DNA of 64,000 nucleotides from Dongiaceae bacterium (GCA_035548715.1 DASZSL010000045.1:1-64000), one strand, 5' to 3'. Positions 49,937-60,942 are shown, counted from the first letter of the stretch. The notes: generated by a model not told the origin, from the letters alone. Program-made: numbers and translations.

Positions 49937-51025
49937 CTATTGCGGGAGTCGCCTGATGGCGGATACCACGGCCTCTCCCATTTCCTTGGTGCCGACCTGG
50001 CGCGTGCCGGCCTCGTAGATGTCCGCCGTGCGGTATCCGTCGGCCAGCACGGCGCGCACGCCGGATTCAATTTTCCTGGCCTCCGGTTCCATTCCGAAGG
50101 AGAACCGGAGCATCATCGCCGCCGAGAGGACCGCAGCCAGCGGGTTGGCGATGTCCTTGCCGGCGATGTCGGGGGCCGTGCCGTGCACCGGCTCGTACAG
50201 GCCCTTGCTGCCATAGCCGACCGAGGCCGAGGGCAGCATGCCGATCGATCCGCTGAGCATCGCCGCGGCGTCGGACAGGATGTCGCCGAAGACGTTGCCG
50301 GTCACGATGACGTCGAACTGCAGCGGATTGCGGATCAGCATCATCACCGCGGCATCGACGTAGAGATGGGTCAGCGCGACGTCCGGATATTCCTTGCCGA
50401 CGCGGGTCACCACCTCGCGCCACAGCGCCATGGTTTCGAGCACATTGGCCTTGTCGACGGAGCAGACCTTCTTCCGGCGCCTGCGAGCGGCCCGGAACGC
50501 GACATGGGCGATGCGCTCGATCTCCGATTCGGAGTAGCGCATGGTGTTGAAGCCGGTTCGCTCGTTCTTCTCGTTCCGCTCGACGCCGCGCGGCTGGCCG
50601 AAATAGAGATCTCCGTTCAGCTCGCGCAGGATGATGAGGTCGAGGCCCTCGATCACCTTCGGCTTCAGGGTCGAGGCCCCGATCAGCTCGGGGAACATCT
50701 GCACCGGCCGGAAGTTGGCGAACAGCTCCAGCTCCTTGCGCAGGCGGAGCAGCGCCGCGCCAGCGCCCTCGGCGGGCGGGCGGTTCTCGTCCTCGGGCAC
50801 GCCGGTGCCGCCGAGCAGGATGGCGTCGGCGGCCCGCGCGATCTCCAGCGTCCGCGCCGGCAGCGGGTCGTCGCCGGCGTCGATCGCGTCGCCGCCGATC
50901 GTCGCCTCGTTCAGCTCGTAGTCGGTCCCGCCGTCGAGCACCGCCTTGAGGGCGTTGACGGCCTGCGCGGTCACCTCCTTGCCGATGCCATCGCCCGGTA
51001 GAACCGCTATCCGCAATTTTGGCAC
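49937..51025 (-). CDS. leuB: 3-isopropylmalate dehydrogenase (or close paralog of the decarboxylating beta-hydroxyacid dehydrogenase family)
   Basis: [14 protein letters not shown]-terminus, NLFGDILSD-type motif (NVFGDILSD). Confidence 0.8.
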   Translation of the reverse strand: MPKLRIAVLPGDGIGKEVTAQAVNALKAVLDGGTDYELNEATIGGDAIDAGDDPLPARTLEIARAADAILLGGTGVPEDENRPPAEGAGAALLRLRKELELFANFRPVQMFPELIGASTLKPKVIEGLDLIILRELNGDLYFGQPRGVERNEKNERTGFNTMRYSESEIERIAHVAFRAARRRRKKVCSVDKANVLETMALWREVVTRVGKEYPDVALTHLYVDAAVMMLIRNPLQFDVIVTGNVFGDILSDAAAMLSGSIGMLPSASVGYGSKGLYEPVHGTAPDIAGKDIANPLAAVLSAAMMLRFSFGMEPEARKIESGVRAVLADGYRTADIYEAGTRQVGTKEMGEAVVSAIRRLPQ

Positions 51026-51046
51026 TTCATTTCCTTCTTGCTTGCT

Positions 51047-51622
51047 TCACGACGCCGGACGTTGCCGCTCGAAGGCGGCGATCTCGGGCATCCGGGAAAG
51101 CGTGTAGTCGAGCTCGTCGAGCCCGTTGATCAGGCAGTCCTTCGCGAACGAGTCGATCGCGAAGCCGTGGATGACGCCGTCGGGCAGCGTCACTGTCTGC
51201 GCCGGCAGGTCGATGCGGATCGCGAGTTCGGGCCGGCCCGCGAGCTGCCCCAGAAGGCGCGCATTGAGCGCCGGCGGCATCGCGATCGGCAGGAAACCAT
51301 TCTTCAGCGCGTTGCCAAAGAAGATGTCGCCGAAGCTCGGTGCCAGCGCCGCGCGGAAACCGTGGTCGTAGAGCGCCCAGACCGCGTTCTCGCGGGATGA
51401 GCCGCAGGCGAAGTTCGGGCCGGCCACCACGATCCGCGCATCGCGCCCCGGCGGGCGGTTGAGCGGGAAGTCCGGCCTCTGCCGCAGGTCGTGGAACAGA
51501 TAGCGGCCGAGGCTGCCGTCCCGCGGCTTCTGCAGGAAGCGGCCGGGAATGATCTGGTCGGTATCGATGTTGGCGGCAGGCAGCGCGAGCGCCGGCGCCT
51601 CCAGGACGGTGAAACGATCCAC
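51047..51622 (-). CDS. leuD: 3-isopropylmalate dehydratase small subunit
   Basis: NIDTDQIIP motif, GPNFGCGSSRE-type (GPNFACGSSRE). Confidence 0.8.
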   Translation of the reverse strand: MDRFTVLEAPALALPAANIDTDQIIPGRFLQKPRDGSLGRYLFHDLRQRPDFPLNRPPGRDARIVVAGPNFACGSSRENAVWALYDHGFRAALAPSFGDIFFGNALKNGFLPIAMPPALNARLLGQLAGRPELAIRIDLPAQTVTLPDGVIHGFAIDSFAKDCLINGLDELDYTLSRMPEIAAFERQRPAS

Positions 51623-51623
51623 G

Positions 51624-53054
51624 CTATCGACGCTCCATCATCGTGCGCACGTCGGCGAGCCGGCCTTCGATCGCCGCCGCGGCGGCGCTCATCGGGCTCA
51701 TGAGATGGGTCCGCGCGCCCGGCCCCTGGCGGCCCACGAAGTTGCGGTTGGAAGTCGAGGCGCAGCGCTGGCCCGGAGGAACGAGATCGCCGTTGGTGCC
51801 GAGACAGAGCGAGCATCCCGCCTCGTGCCAGGCGAAGCCGGCATCCTTGAACGTGCGGTCCAGGCCCTCGGCCTCGGCCTGGAGCTTCACCTGGGTCGAG
51901 CCCGGCACCACCCAGGCCTCGACCTTCGGGTGGACCTTGCGCCCGGCGACCACGACGGCGGCGCCCCGCAAGTCCTCGATCCGGCTGTTGGTGCAGGAGC
52001 CGATGAAGACCCGGTCGATGGAGATTTCGCCCATGGCCATGCCGGGGACGAGCCCCATGTAGCCCAGCGCGCCGCGGGCCCGCTCGCGCTGCGCGGGGTC
52101 CGTCATCGTATCGGGGTCCGGGACGACTCCGTCCACCGGCGCTACATCCTGCGGGCTGGTGCCCCAGGTCACCATGGGCGCCAGCCCGGAAATGTCGATC
52201 CGAACCTCGCGGTCGAAGGCTGCGCCGGGATCGCTCGGCAGCGCGCGCCATTGTGCGACCGCCGCGTCCCAGGCGGCGCCGCTCGGCGCGAACGGGCGGT
52301 CCTTCAGATAGGCGAAGGTGGTGTCGTCCGGCGCGACCAACCCGGCGCGCGCGCCGGCCTCGATCGACATGTTGCAGACCGTCAGCCGGCCCTCGACCGA
52401 GAGCGCGGCGATGGCCGGACCGGCATATTCGATGACGTGGCCGATGGCGCCCGAGGCGCCGATCCGGCCGATGACGGCGAGGATGATGTCCTTCGCGGTG
52501 ACGCCGGGGCCGCGCTGCCCGTCGATCCAGATCCGCATCGACTTCGGGCGGCGCTGCCAGATCGCCTGGCAGGCGAGAATCTGTGCCGCCTCGGTCATGC
52601 CGACGCCGAATGCCAGCGCGCCGAGCGCGCCATGGGTCGAGGTGTGGCTGTCGGCGCAAACCAGCACGATGCCGGGCTGCGTGATCCCCTGCTCCGGGCC
52701 GACGACGTGCACGATGCCCTGCCGGGGATCGCCGAGCGGGAAAAGCTGGATGCCGTGCTCCTCGACGTCGCGCTTCATCGACATTACCATCGCCCGCTTC
52801 TCGGGATCAGCGATGCTGCCGAGGTCGCGGCTGGTCGTGGGGATGTAGTGATCGGGTACGGCGGTGCTCCGCTCGGGGTGCCGCACACGCAGGCCGCGCT
52901 CGCGCAGCACGTCGAAGGCCGGCGCGTACCCGTCATGGATCAGAAGGTGGTCGACGTAGACCAGCACCTGCCCGTCCGACCTCGTCGCGACACTATGCCG
53001 CGACCAGATCTTGTCGAACATGCTCTGCGCCCGTTCAGGATTGCCCGCGCTCAT
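51624..53054 (-). CDS. leuC: 3-isopropylmalate dehydratase large subunit (aconitase family)
   Basis: Aconitase-family Fe-S ligands (CADSHT, GSCTNSR, CLGTN). Confidence 0.85.
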   Translation of the reverse strand: MSAGNPERAQSMFDKIWSRHSVATRSDGQVLVYVDHLLIHDGYAPAFDVLRERGLRVRHPERSTAVPDHYIPTTSRDLGSIADPEKRAMVMSMKRDVEEHGIQLFPLGDPRQGIVHVVGPEQGITQPGIVLVCADSHTSTHGALGALAFGVGMTEAAQILACQAIWQRRPKSMRIWIDGQRGPGVTAKDIILAVIGRIGASGAIGHVIEYAGPAIAALSVEGRLTVCNMSIEAGARAGLVAPDDTTFAYLKDRPFAPSGAAWDAAVAQWRALPSDPGAAFDREVRIDISGLAPMVTWGTSPQDVAPVDGVVPDPDTMTDPAQRERARGALGYMGLVPGMAMGEISIDRVFIGSCTNSRIEDLRGAAVVVAGRKVHPKVEAWVVPGSTQVKLQAEAEGLDRTFKDAGFAWHEAGCSLCLGTNGDLVPPGQRCASTSNRNFVGRQGPGARTHLMSPMSAAAAAIEGRLADVRTMMERR

Positions 53055-53246
53055 TCGGTGCCGACCCAGCCTGCTTTCAGGATCTCGCGCGACCGCTCCC
53101 GCGTCGGCGCGCCCAGACAGTGGGTGCAGAATAGTGAGGCGCTAAAGCAGCCCCAAATCGTGGTTTAGAATGCTAACATCGCCGTTCACGACGGAGGGCG
53201 CAGGTCCGTCCGCGGCAACGACCAAGGAGCTCGTCGGAGTAACCAT

Positions 53247-54161
53247 ATGCGTTTCGATCTCTATTCGCTGAGCCTGTTCGTCACGGTCTGCGAGCAGCAA
53301 AGCATCGCCCGCGCCGCGGAGATGCACAACATCGCCGCCTCGGCCGTCAGCAAGCGGATCTCGGACCTGGAGAAGCTGGTCAAGGAGCCGCTGTTCTACC
53401 GGCGCCAGAGCGGCCTGGAGCTGACGCCGGTGGCGCAGTCGCTGCTCCATCACGCCCGTATCGTTCTGCGCGACCTGATGCAGATGGAGCGCGAACTGAC
53501 CGATCATTCGACCGGACTCCGCGGCCAAGTCCGCATTCAGACCAGCCTGTCGATGATCGTGCAGCACCTGCCCGGCGACCTCAGCGAGTTCCTGGCGGAA
53601 AACCCGGCGGTCCGCGTGGACATCGAGGAGAGCACGAGTCAGCAGGTCGTCCGCTCGGTGAGCGAGAACGCCGCCGACATCGGCATCTTCGGCGGCAGCC
53701 TCTCCGCCCCCGGCCTGCGCATCGCGCACTATCGAGACGACAAGCTGGTCGCCATCATGCCGCCCGGGCACGTCCTGTCCGGACGTCAGTCGGTGCGCTT
53801 CGCCGAGCTCGCGGAGCACGACCTGATCGCCACGCTGAAGGGCAGCTTCTTGGACTCGCTGGTGCTGCGCGCGGCGGCCGATGTCGGCCAGCCGCTGAAG
53901 CTGCGCGTGCGCGTCAACGGCTTCGAGACCGCCGCCCGCATGGTCGAGGCCGGGCTCGGCATCGCCTTCGTCCCGGAGAACTGCGCCGAGCGATACGTCA
54001 AGGTGTTCCGCATCGCCTCCGTGCCGCTCGACGAAGCGTGGGCGACCAGGCACTGGCGCCTGTGCACCCGCGACACCGACGACCTGCCGCTCCCGGTCAA
54101 GGTCCTGGTGAAGTACCTGACCCGGCTCCCCAGCGGGCTTCCCCGGGCGGAACCGCGCTGA
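53247..54161 (+). CDS. LysR family transcriptional regulator, divergent from leuC
   Basis: LysR HTH SLFVTVCEQQSIARAAEMHNIAASAVSKRI plus substrate-binding domain. Confidence 0.85.
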   Translation: MRFDLYSLSLFVTVCEQQSIARAAEMHNIAASAVSKRISDLEKLVKEPLFYRRQSGLELTPVAQSLLHHARIVLRDLMQMERELTDHSTGLRGQVRIQTSLSMIVQHLPGDLSEFLAENPAVRVDIEESTSQQVVRSVSENAADIGIFGGSLSAPGLRIAHYRDDKLVAIMPPGHVLSGRQSVRFAELAEHDLIATLKGSFLDSLVLRAAADVGQPLKLRVRVNGFETAARMVEAGLGIAFVPENCAERYVKVFRIASVPLDEAWATRHWRLCTRDTDDLPLPVKVLVKYLTRLPSGLPRAEPR

Positions 54162-54174
54162 CCGCGCGCCGCAG

Positions 54175-55224
54175 TTAGTTCGACATCCCGCCCGCGACCT
54201 TCAGCTCGGCCTTGCCGTCCGATTGCGGGCCGCCGAGCTCCTGGTCGCCGGCGCCGGCCTTGGCGTTCATGATGCGCGCCTTGCGCAGCACGCCGAGCCT
54301 CGCGCCGGTGACCGCGAGCACCAGGATGGTGCCGTTGAAGATCGGCTGCACGTAGGCGTCCGCGCCGAGCATGAAGAGGCCGGTGGTGCCCGCGCCGACG
54401 AGATAGACCGCGATGAAGGTGCCCCACACGTTGTAGAAGCCGGGCCTGAACGCGGTCGCACCGAGGAAGGCGGCGGCGAACGCCGGCAGCAGCAGCGCCT
54501 GCGCCGCGGTCGGATGGCCGGCGCCGACCCGGGCGACCTGCAGGCAGCCGGCGAACGCGGCCACCGTGCTGGAGACCACGAACGAGCCCGCGACGTAGCG
54601 CTTCACGTTGATCCCGATGATGCGGGCGGCCTCGGGCGAGCCGCCGATCGCGTAGAGCCGCCGCCCGATCGGGCGCAGCGTCAGGATGAACCAGAGCACG
54701 ATGCCGGCGATCAACGCATAGAGGAAGGGTAGCGGGATGAAGCCGAACAGGCGGGTCTGGCCGAGCAGCTGGAACGACTTGGAGATGCCCTGGAAGATCA
54801 CCTCGCCGTTGGAATAGAGCAGCACGATGCCCTGGATCGTGCTGCCGACGCCGAGGCTGACGATCAGCGAATTGAGCCCGACGTAACCGACCAGGATGCC
54901 CATCAGCAGGCCGATCGCGGCGCCGCAGCCGGTGACGATCAGCACGACCAGCGGCCAGGGCAGGTCGTCCCGCGACAGCAGGCCGGCGGTGAGCATGACG
55001 CCGAGCGTGGCGACGAAGCCGACCGAGACGTCGAACTGCCCGACGATCAGCGGAACCATGACTCCGAGCGCCACCAGCGTCAGGATCGCGTTGTCGCTCA
55101 TGATCGAACCGGCATTGGCGCGGGTCGGGAAGAACTCGGGCTTCATCGCCGAGAAGAACACGATGAGGAGCAGAAGGACGACGACGAGGCCGTATTTTCC
55201 CACAAGCGTCTTGGCGAGCTGCAT
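54175..55224 (-). CDS. sugar ABC transporter permease (RbsC/AraH-type)
   Basis: 10-TM permease of the ribose/xylose type. Confidence 0.8.
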   Translation of the reverse strand: MQLAKTLVGKYGLVVVLLLLIVFFSAMKPEFFPTRANAGSIMSDNAILTLVALGVMVPLIVGQFDVSVGFVATLGVMLTAGLLSRDDLPWPLVVLIVTGCGAAIGLLMGILVGYVGLNSLIVSLGVGSTIQGIVLLYSNGEVIFQGISKSFQLLGQTRLFGFIPLPFLYALIAGIVLWFILTLRPIGRRLYAIGGSPEAARIIGINVKRYVAGSFVVSSTVAAFAGCLQVARVGAGHPTAAQALLLPAFAAAFLGATAFRPGFYNVWGTFIAVYLVGAGTTGLFMLGADAYVQPIFNGTILVLAVTGARLGVLRKARIMNAKAGAGDQELGGPQSDGKAELKVAGGMSN

Positions 55225-55243
55225 CGCTCAACTTCCCTGATGT

Positions 55244-56749
55244 TCAATGTCCATAGACGGCGTGGCTGAGCGCCGCCGGCGTGATCTCGCCGTTCGCCAA
55301 CGCACTGGTCAGCCGGCCGCGGGTCATGACCAGCACGCGGTCGCAGTATCCAGCAAGGATGTCCAGGTCGGAATCGAGCACCAACGCGCCCATGTTCCGC
55401 TCGGCGACGAGCTGGCGGATGGTGGCGAATATCTCGGTGCGGGCGCCGATGTCGATGCCCTGGGTCGGCTCGTCGAGGATCAGCATGCGCGGATTGCGCA
55501 GCATCCACTTGCCCAGCGAGACCTTCTGCTGGTTGCCGCCCGACAGCGTGTCGATCGCGAACTCGATGCCCGCGGCCTTGACCCGGTAGTCGCGCACGAT
55601 GCCCTCGGCGATCTCGCGGACCCGCCCGGCGGAGAGCGCGAAGCCCTTCAGGGCCGAGGCGAGATTCGCGAGCACCAGGTTCTCGCTCACCGGAAGTCCG
55701 GAGAAGACGCCGTTGCGGCGCTCCTGTGGCACGTAGGCGATGCCGAGATCGACGCGGGCGCCGGTGCTCACTGGCGTGATGTCGCGCCCGTCGAACACGA
55801 TCCGTCCGGCCGTCGATTTCTGCAGCCCGAAGATCAGGCGGCCAAGCTCCGACCGTCCGGATCCGACCAGCCCGGCGATGCCCACCACCTCGCCCGGCGC
55901 GACCGCCAAGGTCACGTCGCGCAGCCGGACGCCGCTGACGTTCTCCACGGCGAGCAGCGGCTGGCCGACCCAGTCCCCCGCGGCCTCGTGCCGGATCCCC
56001 TCCTCGATGTCGCGGCCGACGATCAGCCGGACCAGCGTCCGCCGGTCGAGGCCGGCGATCGGACCGTGATGCACCAGGTCGCCGTCGCGCAGCACGGTGA
56101 CCTCGTCGGCGATCGCCAGGACCTCGTCGAGGCGATGGGAGATGTAGAGTATCGCGACGCCGCGGCGCGTCAGCCCGCGCACCGTGCGCAGCAGGCGGTC
56201 GGCCTCGCTGACCGGGAGCCGGGCGGTCGGCTCGTCCAGCACCAGGACGCCGCCGGATGCGGGCAGGCTGGCGATCGCCCGGGCGATCGCTACCGTGGTC
56301 TGCTCGGCGGGCCCGAGCGAGCCGACCGGCTGCCGCACGTCGCAGACGATATCGTATTCGGCGAGCAGCTCCTGCGCCCGCCGATTCTCCTCGGGCCACG
56401 AGATCGCGCCGTGCCACATCTTGAAACTGCGGGTCAGCGCCAGGTTCTCGGTCACCGAAAGCGTCGGCACCAGGCCCAGGTCCTGGTGCACGAAGGCGAT
56501 CGCGTTCGCGCCGCTGTCGTGGGAATAGAAAATCTCTCCGCCGTCGGCCTGGTGGTAGCCGGCGAGGATCTTGACCAGGGTGGACTTTCCGGAGCCGTTC
56601 GCGCCGAGCAGGGCGTGGACACGCCCTGCTCGGAACGCGACGTCGACACCCCGAAGGGCATGCGTGGCACCGAAGTATTTGTGCAGCCCCCGCACCTCGA
56701 GCGCGGGTTTCTCCGCTGGCGCAGGGGCCGCCATTACATCAAGCCCCAC
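55244..56749 (-). CDS. sugar ABC transporter ATP-binding protein (tandem NBDs, RbsA-like)
   Basis: Two NBDs; Walker A GANGSGKST in the first. Confidence 0.85.
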   Translation of the reverse strand: MGLDVMAAPAPAEKPALEVRGLHKYFGATHALRGVDVAFRAGRVHALLGANGSGKSTLVKILAGYHQADGGEIFYSHDSGANAIAFVHQDLGLVPTLSVTENLALTRSFKMWHGAISWPEENRRAQELLAEYDIVCDVRQPVGSLGPAEQTTVAIARAIASLPASGGVLVLDEPTARLPVSEADRLLRTVRGLTRRGVAILYISHRLDEVLAIADEVTVLRDGDLVHHGPIAGLDRRTLVRLIVGRDIEEGIRHEAAGDWVGQPLLAVENVSGVRLRDVTLAVAPGEVVGIAGLVGSGRSELGRLIFGLQKSTAGRIVFDGRDITPVSTGARVDLGIAYVPQERRNGVFSGLPVSENLVLANLASALKGFALSAGRVREIAEGIVRDYRVKAAGIEFAIDTLSGGNQQKVSLGKWMLRNPRMLILDEPTQGIDIGARTEIFATIRQLVAERNMGALVLDSDLDILAGYCDRVLVMTRGRLTSALANGEITPAALSHAVYGH

Positions 56750-57834
56750 AGTTTCTTGTAGGCGGTCTTGAAGTCATAGTCGCCTTGCCAACCGTGGTTG
56801 AACTCATAGTCCGTGAGTTGGTTGATGTTGTCCTTGTCGAACAGCCGGATCGGGATGTTCTGCGCGACGGCCGGCTGGCCATTGAACATCCGGTTGAGGT
56901 TGTCGATCAAGGCATAACCTTCCCACTCCCGCGGATCGCAGGCGCACACCACCTGGATGACGCCGTCGCGGATCAGCTGGTTGTTCTCGCCGTTGCAGTC
57001 AAAACCGGCGCCGCGGACGTTCTCGCCGAGACCGGCCGCCTTCAGCGAGCGCGAGACGCGGCTCATGCAGGCGTCGAAGCACCAGACCCAGTTGGTGCTG
57101 GGATCGGCCTGGACCGCTGCCGCAGCCAGCGCCGCCGGCTGCGTGTCGATCACCGCAAAAGTCCAGGGTTTCACCGTCATCTTGCAGTCCGGGCACTTGG
57201 ACGGATCCGAGAGCACCTCGTTGGTGCCGAGGTACTGGCCGTGCTCGATCTCATAGAGGTCGGTATTCTTCAGCAGGAAGGCGTTGATCTTCCCGTTCGA
57301 CTTCCAGATCATGTAGTTGGCGATCGCCCTGCCGGTCCCCACGTAATCGTGCGAAACGTCCGGGATGGTGTCCGGCGTGTTCTTCATGTCGCCCAGCGTG
57401 ATGAGCTGGATCTTCGCGTCGAGCGCGCGCTTGACCGCGTCGGCGACCACCGGCGTGTCGACGAAGTCCAGCGCGATGGCGTCATACTTTGCGTCGATCG
57501 CCGCGTTGAACGCCTTCGACTGCTCCGCCGGATCGCCCTTGCCGTCGAAGATGTCGACGGTCCAGCCCAGCAGCTTCCCCGCTTCCGCGATCGCGTTGGC
57601 CGGGCGCGACGAGCCTTCCGCCGCCTGACAGCAGGCGATCACGGCGACGCGCTTGCCCGTGACCGGCTTGGGCGCCGAGGTTGGACCGTGCCAAGTCGCC
57701 TTCTCGTTCATCAAAGCCTGGAGGCTGTCCTTGGCCGCCTGGGCCTGCGGCGACAGATCCTCAGCCCTGGCGCCGCCGGCGCAGAACAGCGCCGCCGCCG
57801 CGCACATCAGGAGACCGGCGAGGCCGCGCCTCAT
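56734..57834 (-). CDS. sugar ABC transporter periplasmic substrate-binding protein (type I PBP)
   Basis: Signal peptide MRRGLAGLLMCAAAALFCAGGARA plus a periplasmic-binding-protein-like fold. Confidence 0.7.
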   Translation of the reverse strand: MRRGLAGLLMCAAAALFCAGGARAEDLSPQAQAAKDSLQALMNEKATWHGPTSAPKPVTGKRVAVIACCQAAEGSSRPANAIAEAGKLLGWTVDIFDGKGDPAEQSKAFNAAIDAKYDAIALDFVDTPVVADAVKRALDAKIQLITLGDMKNTPDTIPDVSHDYVGTGRAIANYMIWKSNGKINAFLLKNTDLYEIEHGQYLGTNEVLSDPSKCPDCKMTVKPWTFAVIDTQPAALAAAAVQADPSTNWVWCFDACMSRVSRSLKAAGLGENVRGAGFDCNGENNQLIRDGVIQVVCACDPREWEGYALIDNLNRMFNGQPAVAQNIPIRLFDKDNINQLTDYEFNHGWQGDYDFKTAYKKLWGLM

Positions 57835-57944
57835 CCATCCTCCCGAGCTTTCCTTGATAGTCCCCGATACGATCATCTCTGTTTCCTCCTCGTTTTTGAG
57901 ACGTTGCTCCTAGAACTCCGAGAACCTGCGGGCCAAGCCTCCGG

Positions 57945-59462
57945 TCACCGCCCGATGAATGGATTGGGCACGTCGGTGATGGTCGAGATCCAGACCGCCT
58001 TCACCTGCAGGTATTCGTGGATCATCGCCTGGCCGCCTTCGCGGCCGATGCCGCTCTGCTTGTAGCCGCCGAACGGCGCCATGAAGCTGCTGGCCCGGTA
58101 GGTGTTGACCCAGACCTGACCGGACTCGAGCTTCTCCGAGACCCGGATCGCGCGGGCGATGCTCTCGGTCCACAGGCCGGCGGCGAGCCCGTACGGCGAA
58201 TCGTTGGCGATCGCGATCGCCTCCTCCTCGTCGTCGAACGGAATCACCGAGAGCACCGGGCCGAAGATCTCTTCGCGGGCCACCCGCATCTGATTGTTGA
58301 CGCCGGTGAAGATCGTCGGCTCGACGAACCAGCCATCCTTCAGCATCGGATCCGCCGGTCGCGCCCCGCCGACCACCGCCGTCGCCCCTTCCTTGCGGGC
58401 GATGTCGATGTAGGAGAGGATCTTGTCGAGCTGCGGCAGATTGCAGATCGGGCCGATCTGGGTGGTCTCCAGCATCGGGTTGCCGAGCTTGGCTCCGCCG
58501 CCGAGCCGCACCAGCATGTCGACCACCTGGTCGTGAACGCTCCGCTGCACGAGCAGGCGCGAGCCGGCAATGCAAGTCTGACCGGCCGCGGCGAAGATAC
58601 CGGACACCGCGCCCTTGGCAGCGTTCTCCAGGTTGGCGTCGGCGAAGATGATGTTGGCCGACTTGCCGCCGAGTTCCAGCGTGACCCGCTTCAAGCTCTT
58701 CGCCGCGAGTCCGTAGATCACCTTGCCGGTGTTCTCCGATCCGGTGAAGGCGACCTTGCCGACCAGCGGGTGCTCGACCAGCGGCCCGCCGACCTCGCCG
58801 CCGAACCCGGTCACCACGTTGATCACGCCCGGCGGCACGCCGGCCGCTTCGGCGACAGCGCAGAACTCCAGGATCGAGGCCGAGGTAAACTCCGACGGCT
58901 TGATCACGATGGTGTTGCCGGCGGCCAAGGCTGGCGCCAGCTTCCACATCGTGAGGATCAGCGGCGAGTTCCACGGCGACACCGCGGCGACGACGCCGAT
59001 CGGCTCGTGCCGCGTCATGGTCAGGTTGCCCGGCTTGTCGATCGGCAGCACCGCGCCCTCGATCTTGTCCGCGAGGCCGGCAAAATAGTAGAGCCACTCC
59101 GGAAGATACCGGGTCTGGCTCACCATCTCGGCGTACAGCTTGCCATTGTCGCGGACCTCGATCTCCGCCAGCCGCTCGGCCTCGCCGACCAGGGCGTCAG
59201 CCAGCTTGCGCATCACGGCGCCGCGCTGGGTCGCGGTCATGCTGCGCCATTTGCCGCGCGAGGCGCTGTGAGCCGCCTCGACGGCGCGGTTGACGTCGTC
59301 GGCATTGGCCCGCGGGATCAGCGCCCAGGGCTTGCCGGTGTAGGGATTGTAGGATTCAAACACGGCGCCGCTCTGGGCGTCCACCCATTCGCCGCCGATA
59401 TACATCTTGTACGTTTTCAGTGCGCTCTTATCGCGCGGATTGCTGCGCGCTTCTGTGCTCAT
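57945..59462 (-). CDS. NAD(P)-dependent aldehyde dehydrogenase family protein
   Basis: ELGGKSA catalytic Glu region, GQTCIAGSR catalytic Cys, FTGS motif. Confidence 0.9.
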   Translation of the reverse strand: MSTEARSNPRDKSALKTYKMYIGGEWVDAQSGAVFESYNPYTGKPWALIPRANADDVNRAVEAAHSASRGKWRSMTATQRGAVMRKLADALVGEAERLAEIEVRDNGKLYAEMVSQTRYLPEWLYYFAGLADKIEGAVLPIDKPGNLTMTRHEPIGVVAAVSPWNSPLILTMWKLAPALAAGNTIVIKPSEFTSASILEFCAVAEAAGVPPGVINVVTGFGGEVGGPLVEHPLVGKVAFTGSENTGKVIYGLAAKSLKRVTLELGGKSANIIFADANLENAAKGAVSGIFAAAGQTCIAGSRLLVQRSVHDQVVDMLVRLGGGAKLGNPMLETTQIGPICNLPQLDKILSYIDIARKEGATAVVGGARPADPMLKDGWFVEPTIFTGVNNQMRVAREEIFGPVLSVIPFDDEEEAIAIANDSPYGLAAGLWTESIARAIRVSEKLESGQVWVNTYRASSFMAPFGGYKQSGIGREGGQAMIHEYLQVKAVWISTITDVPNPFIGR

Positions 59463-59764
59463 GTAAAAACCTTTCGTTTCGATTGCGCTGGCCCCGCCGG
59501 TCGGACGCATCTCGCCCGGTGCGGGTCACGCGAAGTGGCATATCTCGGCGCTTGCTACGCTTCTTCTTGAGCGCGAGATATACCATCCCCTCCCATATCG
59601 AGGAGCGTAGAAAGAACGGCGTGAAGCCTTAAGTCGTAACTCGGAAAGCACCCATCGCGCTTCGCGATGGGAGCGCGGCGCCGGCCGGAGCGGCGCGCGA
59701 TTGCAAGGGGAGCGAGTGTCGCCGGCGCGGCGGGCAACCGCGACGCGAGGCCGCGGCGCGGCTC

Positions 59765-60589
59765 CTACTCGTACCAGCCGTCGGTAGACTTGCGCAGCCC
59801 TGCGAATTGCTCCGCGTCATGTCCGAACCAGACTTGGCGCCTCGTACGTCGAGACAGCTCCCGGACCCGCTCCAGCGTCCCCCGGTAGCCGAGCGAATCG
59901 TGCATGACGGTCGGCAATTGCACGGGAGGCTCGTAGTTTCCGCTGCAATAGACGGCGTCGGAGGTCAGGATGACGCCCGGCTGCCCGCGCAGCTCGACCT
60001 CGAGCCCGAGCATGCCGTACGAATGGCCGCTGCCCCAGTTGTGGATGGTCACCCGGTCGTTGAGCGTCATCTGGCGCTGTTCGCGTCCCAGCAGGTGCCA
60101 GTCCAGGCCGAGGCGGATCCAATGATCGGTGTCGGCCCAGGTATAGGGCGAATCGCGGGCGCCGGTGGCGTAGTCGCGCAGCGCGGCCGAGAACTCGTCC
60201 TCGTGCACGATGAGCGTGGAATTGCGGAAGAACTCGACGCACCCGGCATGGTCGTTGTGCATATGCGAAAGCACAACGTATCGGATATCATCCGGCCCGA
60301 TGCCGAGCTGCTCCAGGCGCGCGGGAAGCTCGCACTCCGGCGTCCCGGAATGGGCGAAATGCTCCTGAACGAAGGGCGACCAGCGGCCGCCGGGTCCCAT
60401 TGCTTCCGGATTGCAGCCGGTGTCATAGAGAACGCGGCCGTCGGGATGGTCGATATAATAGGCGGAAATCGGAAACTCCATCATCGCGCCGCGCGGCTCC
60501 GGCTCCGCCCGGGAGGCTAGCCGCCAGTTGCGGAAGAACAGCGACCGGTCCATTCGCATTGTGCCGAGGTCGAGAACGTACATCCGCAT
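59765..60589 (-). CDS. MBL-fold metallo-hydrolase (N-acyl-homoserine lactonase/AttM-AhlD-like)
   Basis: HMHNDHAG (HxHxDH) zinc motif; start inferred at MRMYVLDLG. Confidence 0.75.
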   Translation of the reverse strand: MRMYVLDLGTMRMDRSLFFRNWRLASRAEPEPRGAMMEFPISAYYIDHPDGRVLYDTGCNPEAMGPGGRWSPFVQEHFAHSGTPECELPARLEQLGIGPDDIRYVVLSHMHNDHAGCVEFFRNSTLIVHEDEFSAALRDYATGARDSPYTWADTDHWIRLGLDWHLLGREQRQMTLNDRVTIHNWGSGHSYGMLGLEVELRGQPGVILTSDAVYCSGNYEPPVQLPTVMHDSLGYRGTLERVRELSRRTRRQVWFGHDAEQFAGLRKSTDGWYE

Positions 60590-60942
60590 GGCTACCATCG
60601 CGTCCGTGATCTTCGATCGCATCGTCGCGGTGCATGCTAGCTTGCGAGTGGCCGGACGGAAATGCTCAAGCGATGGAAATGACGAGCTTGGCCCGCGGGA
60701 CAGAGCCGGGCCACGTCGGCGACGCCCCCGCTCCCCGCCCGGCTCGTGACCGGCATGCGGCGCGACCACGACGAAATGCGTGACCTCCGTGTTCGCCTAA
60801 CCGGACCGCTTCATGCGACCCACGAGCTCCCGCAAGACCGACATGGCTTCCATGCCGAGACGCCCAAGATCGCCGAGCGCTCGGGCAGGCTTTCTCGAAC
60901 GCCGATGGAAACAAGGGCTCGCGGGAATGCCGGCAGGCGAGC

